Shown here one piece after another: positions 34,037-40,973 of a stretch of 45,251 bases of DNA. Each line of letters begins with the position of its first letter. Position 1 is the first letter of the stretch. Location of the stretch: sequence record NC_073061.1; one strand, written 5' to 3'. Origin of the DNA: Escherichia phage vB_EcoS-101114BS4. The position numbers were made by a program, and so were the translations under genes. A model generated the notes under the pieces. That model worked only from the letters and a program-made list of their open reading frames with translations, was not told the origin of the DNA and did not search any database.

Positions 34037-36328
34037 TTACTTCCTATACCGATACATGATGTCGCCTTCGGCGGCAAGTGGGAAACCTTTCGCCCATATA
34101 GGCAGGTCACACATCAGCGCGCAAAGCTCCTCGGTCGTGTAATCGTCGGTGTCCGGCACTTCGGTGATCAATTCATCGTGCACTGACAGGACGATTTCAT
34201 AGCCCGCAGCTTCAACACCAGGCATGGACCATGCGAGAATATCGCGGCACAACGCCTGTACGATGTTCTCCGTAAGTTTGCCGCCGTAGGTATACTGGAA
34301 TCCCCACTGGCGCGTCGTCTGATTCTCGCCCTGATATTTGATGCGGGTACTGGTGCGCTTCTTGCCGGTGTCTTCGTCAATCTCGGTAGTGACAGACAGC
34401 GCGATTCCGGGGTAGCTCATGATTCGCCCTGACGGCAACTCAACCTTCAGCCACCAGCCCGCGGCGTTCGGGTCGTCGCGTTCCTCGTCAAAGGTGGGGT
34501 CGTGCTTCGCCTTCGTGCGCACAATCTTGAGCGCTTTCTTGCCATCCGGGCGAACGTTCGCGCCAGCCCAGTATGCCTTACCTGGATTGCGTATCGCACA
34601 TAACACCGCCTCCTCAAGCTCGGCCCAAAAGGCTACGGTCTTCGGGTGAGATTCACGCCACATACGTTTGATCGCGTCGCAGGTCAACCACACGTTTTTA
34701 GGCAGTATGTAAGTCGGGCGCTCGTCTTTCTTGCCGGGCTTCGGCGGGCGCTTCGCTTCGTTGATGCGGGCAAACTCATAACCGCGTTTAGCCGCCGCCC
34801 AAATATGATCGGGGAATGTTCCCTTCATGACGTCAGCCATTGCGTACAGGTCGAGGCCCAGGTTTTTAGCAAACTGCAAGAACGCCGCGACGCCGCCACC
34901 ATAGCCCAGTCCCAATTCACACGCCTTACCAATCTGGCGTAGGTCTTTGCGGTTGGCTTTGATGTAGTCCGGGTCAAGGCCAAACATCTTACCGGCAGTT
35001 TCACAATAGATATCGCGTCCGGCCTTAAACACCATAAGCGCGGTTTTCTCGCCAGCGATCCAGGCAAGGCCACGCCCTTCCACGTTGGAGTAGTCCGCTA
35101 CAACAAACTTCTTGCCATTAGCCGGGATAATGCACCCGCGAACGGTCGAGGCGGTTAGCTTCGATATGTCATACGCCCAGTGCGCGGTCCCGCGTAACAG
35201 GGAGTTGATGCCGTTGGTGAGCATGTGCGACCGTACCCAAAACGAGACGTCGCTCTCACCTTCGCGGCGCTTAATCTTCCCTTCGTGGTCATCACTGTAC
35301 TCGCCACGTGCCAGGTTTTGAGGCTGAAAGCCTTTACCGGCCCAGCGTAGTGTGCGCTTTGCCCCACCATACTGAAGACAACCACGGCGGCGACCATCGG
35401 CAGAAAGACCATTGACGAGCGGATTGTATTTAGTCGATGCCGTTGATGACGCGCCGAGGCGCATTTCAATAAGCACTTTGCCCTCGTCGGGGAAGTCTGG
35501 ATCTTCCAGCAAGTCATTCAGCGTGGATTTCTGCGCGTTGTGAATGGTGAACGCCGGGGCAATATCACGCAGGATTGGCAGGAAGTCATTACCGGTCAGT
35601 TTACCGCCGAACAGTTCCCAGGCTTCTTCCTTCAATTCTTCTTTGTGCACCTGCACCGCCTTGATCGCGGCGTTCGCCAGGTCAACGTCCACATAGAAGC
35701 CACGGTCGTTAATCAACTGGTCGATACGCAGGATTTCATCTTCCTTTGGTGAGTTGCCCCAGTCCGGTATTCGCCAGTAGACTTCACGCATTGCGATAAT
35801 ATCTAGCGCGGCATAGCGCAGGAATTTAGCCCATTCTTCAGGGTGAGTCTCGCGCGTGTAGCGGCGGATTTTGTAGGTCTTAGGGGTCGGCTTACAAAAT
35901 CGCTTAATCAGCGCCTTGCCTGCCTTATCCTTCGCGTGCTCTGCGTCAACGCCCAGCACCTGGCATTGCATATCGAGGCCACCCGGCAGCGCGTGACGAA
36001 AGGCCATAATCATCGTATCTTCGATCTGGCTTACCGGCAGGTCGATGCCCCACTTTTCACGGATAACCAAGCGGTCAAACAGGAGGCCGTTAGCCATCAC
36101 TATTTTTGCTTTCTTGCGGGTTACCTGGCGTAGCGCCTTGCGCAGTTCACGCGGCATCGTGGGGGATTCAGTGGCGTCCCATGTCTGCACGCGGCCCTCG
36201 TCGATGGCGTAGGTGCAAATCATAATCTCGGTGGATGGGTGTTCTGCATAGGCATACGCACCTGCTTTCTTCAGGTCCACCCCGCTATATGTCTCGGTGT
36301 CAAGAAACAGGCGTTCGAAGTCTTTCAT
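34037..36328 (-). CDS. DNA polymerase I (family A) with 3'-5' exonuclease domain
   Basis: Exo motifs LFLDTETYSG, YAALDI; polymerase motifs DYSNVEGRGLAWIAG (A), RQIGKACELGLGYGGG (B), VLSVHDELITEV (C); 763 aa. Confidence 0.9.
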   Translation of the reverse strand: MKDFERLFLDTETYSGVDLKKAGAYAYAEHPSTEIMICTYAIDEGRVQTWDATESPTMPRELRKALRQVTRKKAKIVMANGLLFDRLVIREKWGIDLPVSQIEDTMIMAFRHALPGGLDMQCQVLGVDAEHAKDKAGKALIKRFCKPTPKTYKIRRYTRETHPEEWAKFLRYAALDIIAMREVYWRIPDWGNSPKEDEILRIDQLINDRGFYVDVDLANAAIKAVQVHKEELKEEAWELFGGKLTGNDFLPILRDIAPAFTIHNAQKSTLNDLLEDPDFPDEGKVLIEMRLGASSTASTKYNPLVNGLSADGRRRGCLQYGGAKRTLRWAGKGFQPQNLARGEYSDDHEGKIKRREGESDVSFWVRSHMLTNGINSLLRGTAHWAYDISKLTASTVRGCIIPANGKKFVVADYSNVEGRGLAWIAGEKTALMVFKAGRDIYCETAGKMFGLDPDYIKANRKDLRQIGKACELGLGYGGGVAAFLQFAKNLGLDLYAMADVMKGTFPDHIWAAAKRGYEFARINEAKRPPKPGKKDERPTYILPKNVWLTCDAIKRMWRESHPKTVAFWAELEEAVLCAIRNPGKAYWAGANVRPDGKKALKIVRTKAKHDPTFDEERDDPNAAGWWLKVELPSGRIMSYPGIALSVTTEIDEDTGKKRTSTRIKYQGENQTTRQWGFQYTYGGKLTENIVQALCRDILAWSMPGVEAAGYEIVLSVHDELITEVPDTDDYTTEELCALMCDLPIWAKGFPLAAEGDIMYRYRK

Positions 36329-36495
36329 TGCTTTATCCTCACTACTGCGTCAGCGCTGCCGATCATGGAGAAGATACCATCCGACAAGGCAATCTCTTCG
36401 CCGTTGTTGCGAATCTCGGCAACGGTAAAATACTCGCCCAGCAATTTGGACCATACACGCATTCCGACTTTTACTTCACTGGCTTTAATACGCAT
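36325..36495 (-). CDS. Small hypothetical protein translationally coupled to the polymerase gene
   Basis: About 56 aa (MRIKASEVKVGMRVWSKLLGEYFTVAEIRNNGEE...); its stop overlaps the polymerase ATG (ATGA). Confidence 0.35.
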   Translation of the reverse strand: MRIKASEVKVGMRVWSKLLGEYFTVAEIRNNGEEIALSDGIFSMIGSADAVVRIKQ

Positions 36496-36510
36496 TTTCA
36501 TTGTCCTAAT

Positions 36511-36534
36511 AAAAAGCCCGCAATAAGCGGGCTT
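36511..36534 (-). terminator. Internal intrinsic terminator between the SSB-like and polymerase genes
   Basis: On the minus strand: gcccgc-uuauu-gcgggc hairpin followed by uuuuu. Confidence 0.6.
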
Positions 36535-36552
36535 GAATAGTGGGCTTTGCCC

Positions 36553-37341
36553 TTAACGGCGGCGACGTTTACGTGGTGCTTCGTCTTCGTCGTCGTCGTC
36601 CTCATCTTCGTCATCGCGGGACTTGCGACGCTTGCGAGGTTTTTCGTCTTCCTCGTCTTCGTCATCGTCATCACGACGCTTGGATTTCTTGGACTTGCGC
36701 GGCTTATCATCTTCGTCATCGTCATCACGACGTTTGGACTTCTTAGCCTTGCGCGGTGCTTCATCTTCGTCATCGTCGCCCAGGTCGTCATCGGAACAAG
36801 AAGACCCGCCGCCACCGAAGGAGTCACCATCGTCACGGAAGCGAAGACCCATCAAGCCAGCACCAAGACCTTTACCGTTGGTGTTGTTCCACGCCCAAAT
36901 ATCCAGGGACACGTTGCAATAACAACCGGAATAGATTTCCTGGCCTTCGATCTCGTCGCCGTCGATGGTCAGACCCTGTTCGGTCTGCTTCTCGCCCAGT
37001 GACGTTTGAATGTTAGGCTGTTTGAACGATTTGGCGTTGATGTACAACATGCCTTCGAATTCTTCGGTTACTTCGTCGCGCTCGTCGCCGTCACGAACTG
37101 CGCATTCCTTAGAATCCTGGGCGTAGTGGCGGTCCATCCACTTATCGGCGTTCTTCTCGGATTTCAGCTTATCGGTAAGCACTGCGCGCGCTGCCGCTTC
37201 CACTTTGTCCACCTGCGGATCTTCTTTATCAAGAAGAATCACGGCACGGTATGCCGGTTTTTGTCCATCCTGTTTAGGGGTATCACGTTCCCAAATTTTC
37301 AGGAAGCATACGCGTACATTTTTCAGGTTGACTTTAGCCAT
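36553..37341 (-). CDS. Putative ssDNA-binding protein with a highly charged repetitive C-terminal tail
   Basis: Start MAKVNLKNVRV with GAGGA RBS; position between nuclease and polymerase as in conserved phage replication modules; C-terminal 80 aa are alternating acidic and basic repeats. Confidence 0.45.
   Translation of the reverse strand: MAKVNLKNVRVCFLKIWERDTPKQDGQKPAYRAVILLDKEDPQVDKVEAAARAVLTDKLKSEKNADKWMDRHYAQDSKECAVRDGDERDEVTEEFEGMLYINAKSFKQPNIQTSLGEKQTEQGLTIDGDEIEGQEIYSGCYCNVSLDIWAWNNTNGKGLGAGLMGLRFRDDGDSFGGGGSSCSDDDLGDDDEDEAPRKAKKSKRRDDDDEDDKPRKSKKSKRRDDDDEDEEDEKPRKRRKSRDDEDEDDDDEDEAPRKRRRR
36575..36790 (-). repeat. In-frame tandem repeats encoding the charged tail of the SSB-like protein
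   Basis: About 57-bp unit repeated about three times (...atcttcgtcatcgtcatcacgacg(c/t)ttgga(t/c)ttcttgg...) giving DDDDEDxKPRKxKKSKRR repeats. Confidence 0.75.
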
Positions 37342-37395
37342 TTTCATTTCCTCATTTCGCATGTATCGGGGTTATTGTGAGCCACCCCGTTCGGC

Positions 37396-37419
37396 TTGGT
37401 TGCTAATTTACTTGGTTGC
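37396..37419. promoter_or_regulatory. Pair of direct TTGGTTGC motifs (reverse orientation of GCAACCAA)
   Basis: cttggttgc at 37395-37403 and 37411-37419 in the gap between genes 37430..37672 and 36553..37341. Confidence 0.5.
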
Positions 37420-37429
37420 GCCTAAGCGG

Positions 37430-37672
37430 TCAAGCACTTTTATTAAAAAGATTTCGTGTCACGTAGTTGGTGGCGTTCTCGATCCAGCTTAACGGCGGGC
37501 GGTCGATGTGCTTCTCAACCCAGTCGACGGCGACGTCGCTATATCCGTCGTCCAGCCAGCGGGATGGATGGCGAATCATCCAGGCCAACATTAACACGCC
37601 TTGCACGCAATGCAGGATAAATCCCAGCGCGCCGAGCATAATCATCAATACGAATGCGAATACCTTATTCAT
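37430..37672 (-). CDS. Small membrane protein
   Basis: 80 aa with N-terminal hydrophobic helices (VFAFVLMIMLGALGFILHCVQGVLMLAWMI). Confidence 0.5.
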   Translation of the reverse strand: MNKVFAFVLMIMLGALGFILHCVQGVLMLAWMIRHPSRWLDDGYSDVAVDWVEKHIDRPPLSWIENATNYVTRNLFNKSA

Positions 37673-39095
37673 TGCTTAAGTCCTCGTCAGTAGCTTCAGA
37701 CCACGCGGGGCGCGGGTCGTCGATTGGTGCCAATACCGGTTTAGCCGGTGCGCGCGTGATTTTATCACACAATTTAGCCCACACTTTCGGTTTCTCGTCC
37801 TTCAATACCTTCTCGGCATCGGTAGGACTGAGCAATGTTTCTTTGTACATTACATCGCGCTTGATCCGGGCCTTCGTGAAGATTTCAATCACTTCGCTCT
37901 CATCCGCCCACTTGCGATTACCTTCCTTACCGGCAACCATCTTGAGGCCCAGCGATTCGCCATCACCCGCCATCACCGCCTTGAATACTGCGGACTCGAT
38001 AGCCTTGATGTGCTGACGCATTGCGTCGAGGCCTTCGTATGCATTACGCAGTTCCGCCGCGCTCATAGCGCCTGGTGCCGCCTCCTTTTTGCCACGCTTC
38101 GCACGTCGTGCCGCTTTCCGGGCTTCGCGGGTCATATTGCGGTCGTGGTTGGCGCATTCTTCCTCTGTCGCCACGCTCACGTCGTCGCCCAGGTCTTCGT
38201 CGGTTGCCGTTGGTGGGGTCATCGTGTCGATGGCGGCCTTAGCGCGGGCACTACACTGATCCGCAAATCGGCACCACTGACAGGCGTCAACGCTCGGTCG
38301 GAAGTCGGCACGGGTAAGTCCCTTCTTGCCTCGGGAATACGCGTCCAGTGCCGCGACCGCTCGCTTGGACGCAAACTTAGCGAATATCTCCAGCGCTTCC
38401 ACTGTAATATCCCACTCCGACGCCCCGCCGCAATACGGCTGGAAGATTACCAGGCGAACGGTCGTAATGTCGTACATGGTTTGCAGCTTGCGCAGCAGGC
38501 CCAGCGCGTACAACATAAGCTGTTTGTTTTCTTTCGCCTCGACCTTATGTCGCCCGGTCTTCAGGTCGCCAACAATAAGCATGTACGTGCCGTCGGTCTT
38601 CTTCATGACCATGACCATATCGGCAGTGCCAAACGTCTTCACCCTGTTGCCGTCTATCTCGAAGCCAGGGTGCAAGATGCGGGTGAGATCGGCGCGCATT
38701 TCAAGCTGGACAAACTCCGCCACTTCAAGGAGCGGTCGCCAGTGGTCGATGTACGCGTCACACTGTTTCACCATATCGTCGTTGACCAGTACGCCGCCTT
38801 TCGGTGCTTTCGGGTGCGCCTTTACCGGCCCCTTACCTTCGTTCTCAACGTAACACCCTTTGTACGTCTTCGCGGATAGCTTCTTCTCTCCGGCAATGAT
38901 GCGGTTTAGCACGACTTCTGATACGGTGTGCATACTCGTACCGTTAATCGCAGCTTGCCCGGATTCGTTCGGGATACCTTTTTCGACTACCAGGGCGGCG
39001 GGGCACCCCATCCATTTTTTAGATCCCGATGGCCCGAGTAATGAGTGTTCGGTATTGCTACCGGATTGCGTTTTGCGCTTTGGTTTAATAGCCAT
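37665..39095 (-). CDS. Cas4/RecB-like PD-(D/E)xK exonuclease with iron-sulfur cysteine cluster
   Basis: N-terminal Cys (WMGCPA), IVGDLKTGRHK and QLMLYALGL nuclease motifs, then CQWCRFADQC (CxxCx5C); 476 aa. Confidence 0.6.
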   Translation of the reverse strand: MAIKPKRKTQSGSNTEHSLLGPSGSKKWMGCPAALVVEKGIPNESGQAAINGTSMHTVSEVVLNRIIAGEKKLSAKTYKGCYVENEGKGPVKAHPKAPKGGVLVNDDMVKQCDAYIDHWRPLLEVAEFVQLEMRADLTRILHPGFEIDGNRVKTFGTADMVMVMKKTDGTYMLIVGDLKTGRHKVEAKENKQLMLYALGLLRKLQTMYDITTVRLVIFQPYCGGASEWDITVEALEIFAKFASKRAVAALDAYSRGKKGLTRADFRPSVDACQWCRFADQCSARAKAAIDTMTPPTATDEDLGDDVSVATEEECANHDRNMTREARKAARRAKRGKKEAAPGAMSAAELRNAYEGLDAMRQHIKAIESAVFKAVMAGDGESLGLKMVAGKEGNRKWADESEVIEIFTKARIKRDVMYKETLLSPTDAEKVLKDEKPKVWAKLCDKITRAPAKPVLAPIDDPRPAWSEATDEDLSNE

Positions 39096-39280
39096 TATTC
39101 CACCCTTGTAAACTGGACAATTACATATTTACAGATATTAGCCATTCCCGCCTGTTCGACACGGCGGTGCACTTCATGCTGCGCATCTATCCAGCACATC
39201 GAGGCGTCATGGTTAACAACCATAAAAGAGAAGTGGTCGTTTGTTTTGTGGCAAGTTGCCAGCACGAAGAATTTAGCCAT
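39095..39280 (-). CDS. Hypothetical protein
   Basis: 61 aa from ATG 39280 (MAKFFVLATCH...), overlapping the upstream stop (TAATG). Confidence 0.4.
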   Translation of the reverse strand: MAKFFVLATCHKTNDHFSFMVVNHDASMCWIDAQHEVHRRVEQAGMANICKYVIVQFTRVE

Positions 39281-39531
39281 TATTTCGTCTCCCAACGGTC
39301 AATTACTTTTTCCTCCGACGATACGGCAAAGCGAACATATTCCAGATTGGAGTCCGCCCAAATATAGAAGTCGGGGTTAGTAAATGTGGTGCGCTTAATT
39401 TGCGCGGGGTTATCGCGGCGTTTATCTATTACGGCAACGCGTGATTTAAAGTTGCCGGTACGTTCGAATAGCCAATAATAAGGGCGCTGGTCGCGTGAAT
39501 CCACCGCCTCGATTAGCGTGAAGCGTGCCAT
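39280..39531 (-). CDS. Hypothetical protein
   Basis: 83-aa ORF (MARFTLIEAVDSRDQRPYYW...) with GAGGA RBS. Confidence 0.5.
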   Translation of the reverse strand: MARFTLIEAVDSRDQRPYYWLFERTGNFKSRVAVIDKRRDNPAQIKRTTFTNPDFYIWADSNLEYVRFAVSSEEKVIDRWETK

Positions 39532-39544
39532 TGTCTCGTCCTCT

Positions 39545-39571
39545 AAAAATAGGCCCGCAGATTAGCGGGCC
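39545..39571 (-). terminator. Internal intrinsic terminator in the leftward operon
   Basis: On the minus strand: ggcccgc-uaaucu-gcgggcc hairpin followed by uauuuuu. Confidence 0.6.
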
Positions 39572-39579
39572 GGATAATA

Positions 39580-39705
39580 TTAATCTTCACCGCCGAGTTG
39601 TCTATAAACCTCGTCCGGGTCGTCGCCTCTTTCTTCGCAGAAGGCGGTGAATGCCGCCCAATTTTCTGCTATGAAATCGAGCGTGATTCTCATTTCATAG
39701 TCCAT
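39580..39705 (-). CDS. Small acidic hypothetical protein
   Basis: 40-aa ORF (MDYEMRITLDFIAENWAAF...) below the ORF-track size cutoff, ending at the internal terminator. Confidence 0.3.
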   Translation of the reverse strand: MDYEMRITLDFIAENWAAFTAFCEERGDDPDEVYRQLGGED

Positions 39706-39709
39706 TATA

Positions 39710-40228
39710 TTAATCTTCTAATTCGAAATAAGTTTCGACGATTGCTTTTAATTCCTGGTGGAACTCTTCCACGTCGTCATCTTCCAGCTTGGCAACGGAT
39801 TTAATTTCGAATTCTTCCAGCAGGTCGTCAAATTCGTCGTTTGCGTCGTCGTCATCACCGCCAGCAATAATAGCGGCATACTGCTTGATTTCGTCGCGCA
39901 TCTCTTTCAGCGGATCGGCATCTTTCTTGCCTTTACCTTTCGCCGGTGCTTTCTTAGATTTCGCCGGGGCTTCTTCTTCGTCGTCCGCGTCGTCTTCTTC
40001 TACGGCTTCTTTCTTAGCCTTGCCCTTTGCTGGCGCTTTTTTGGTCTTAGCCGGTGCTTCGTCTTCAGCGTCGTCATCTTCGACTACTTCTTCTTTTGCC
40101 TTGCCCTTAGCCGGGGCTTTCTTCGCTTCCTGTTTACCAACGGCAGCGCCAGCAGTTTCATAATGCTTAGCGATGGTTTCCAGTGCTACTACGCCGCGTG
40201 TGATCAGGTTTACGATTTGCTCAAACAT
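39710..40228 (-). CDS. Lys/Ala/Glu-rich repeat protein (histone H1-like composition), first gene of the leftward operon
   Basis: ATG 40228 (MFEQIVNL) with GGAG RBS; repeats EAPAKTKKAPAKGKAKKE; the upstream in-frame ORF extension is treated as 5' leader. Confidence 0.55.
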   Translation of the reverse strand: MFEQIVNLITRGVVALETIAKHYETAGAAVGKQEAKKAPAKGKAKEEVVEDDDAEDEAPAKTKKAPAKGKAKKEAVEEDDADDEEEAPAKSKKAPAKGKGKKDADPLKEMRDEIKQYAAIIAGGDDDDANDEFDDLLEEFEIKSVAKLEDDDVEEFHQELKAIVETYFELED

Positions 40229-40424
40229 TGTATATCTCCGATTGGTTAAGTTTAGGTGTCGGCAGTCAACTTCGTCGGTGGCCTTAACATAGTGCCAGGT
40301 TACGCGTTCTCCCTTTCGGGTAGTGGACCTGGTTATATAATCACGGTTGGGAATCCTGACACTTCGATCCGGCCCCTGCGTTGCCCCTCTCCAGTTTGCG
40401 TCCTGCATCCTGTCGACGGAGTGA

Positions 40425-40454
40425 ATAATAGATTGGTTGCAGGTGGGGTGTCAA
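40425..40454 (-). promoter_or_regulatory. Candidate sigma70 promoter for the leftward operon
   Basis: On the minus strand: TTGACA, 18 bp spacer, TATTAT; the spacer contains TGCAACCAAT; leader of about 190 nt to the ATG at 40228. Confidence 0.5.
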
Positions 40455-40465
40455 CAACTAATTTC

Positions 40466-40524
40466 AAAAAAAAAAAAGCGCCGAGGCAAAATGCGACGGC
40501 GCTAACCAATAAGAGACAATGAGA
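40466..40524 (-). ncRNA. Candidate small RNA unit (promoter, about 60 nt, intrinsic terminator)
   Basis: Minus-strand TTGAAA-N17-AATAAT (40532-40560) followed by hairpin gcgccg...cggcgc and a U12 tract (40466-40502); the transcript would contain ugucucuuauugguua. Confidence 0.3.
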
Positions 40525-40573
40525 CGTGATTATTATTACACGCGTGCGCGCCCGTTTCAATATACAAAAGGAG

Positions 40574-40602
40574 TTGACACCCTGCAATTTTAGGTGTAGT
40601 TT
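40574..40602 (+). promoter_or_regulatory. Candidate sigma70 promoter for the rightward operon
   Basis: TTGACA (40574-40579), 17 bp spacer, TAGTTT (weak -10), 30 bp upstream of the ATG at 40634. Confidence 0.4.
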
Positions 40603-40633
40603 CGTTGGTCATTAACCAATAGGAGACAGAACA

Positions 40634-40963
40634 ATGCATATCAACGACGCTATCGAAATGTTAACTAAGACCGTAAGCGGTGAGACAAGCCGGTCCTGGG
40701 CTTATACCGATGCCGTTGGTGCGGCGTTATTTGAAATCGAACGCCTGCGCAGTGTCGAAAAAGAATTGCGCGCCAAGCTGGAATTACTCAACGGTACGGC
40801 AGCAAGCAAGCTGCAAAAACACAATGAAGAAATGGAAGAATACAAAAAGCAGGTTATCCGTTTACGCGACGAGGGCAAGTCCTGGGCGATGATTGCCGAG
40901 TTGACCGGAATTAATCAGAGCACCGTGCGCTCCTGGGTACGCAATAATAAAACTTCTAAGTAA
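40634..40963 (+). CDS. Putative transcriptional regulator with C-terminal HTH
   Basis: 109 aa; C-terminal SWAMIAELTGINQSTVRSWVRN is HTH-like; first gene of the rightward unit. Confidence 0.5.
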   Translation: MHINDAIEMLTKTVSGETSRSWAYTDAVGAALFEIERLRSVEKELRAKLELLNGTAASKLQKHNEEMEEYKKQVIRLRDEGKSWAMIAELTGINQSTVRSWVRNNKTSK

Positions 40964-40973
40964 GGCAACGGCA

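Noticed and set aside
38010-38879. 289-aa plus-strand ORF antisense to the Cas4-like nuclease gene
   Set aside because: Within a gene with strong nuclease and Fe-S motifs on the other strand; shadow ORF
40517-40588. 23-codon plus-strand ORF starting at the duplicate RBS context (MRRDYYYTRARPFQYTKGVDTLQF)
   Set aside because: Very short, overlaps two promoters, and the RBS-like sequence is better explained as the template of the candidate antisense RNA
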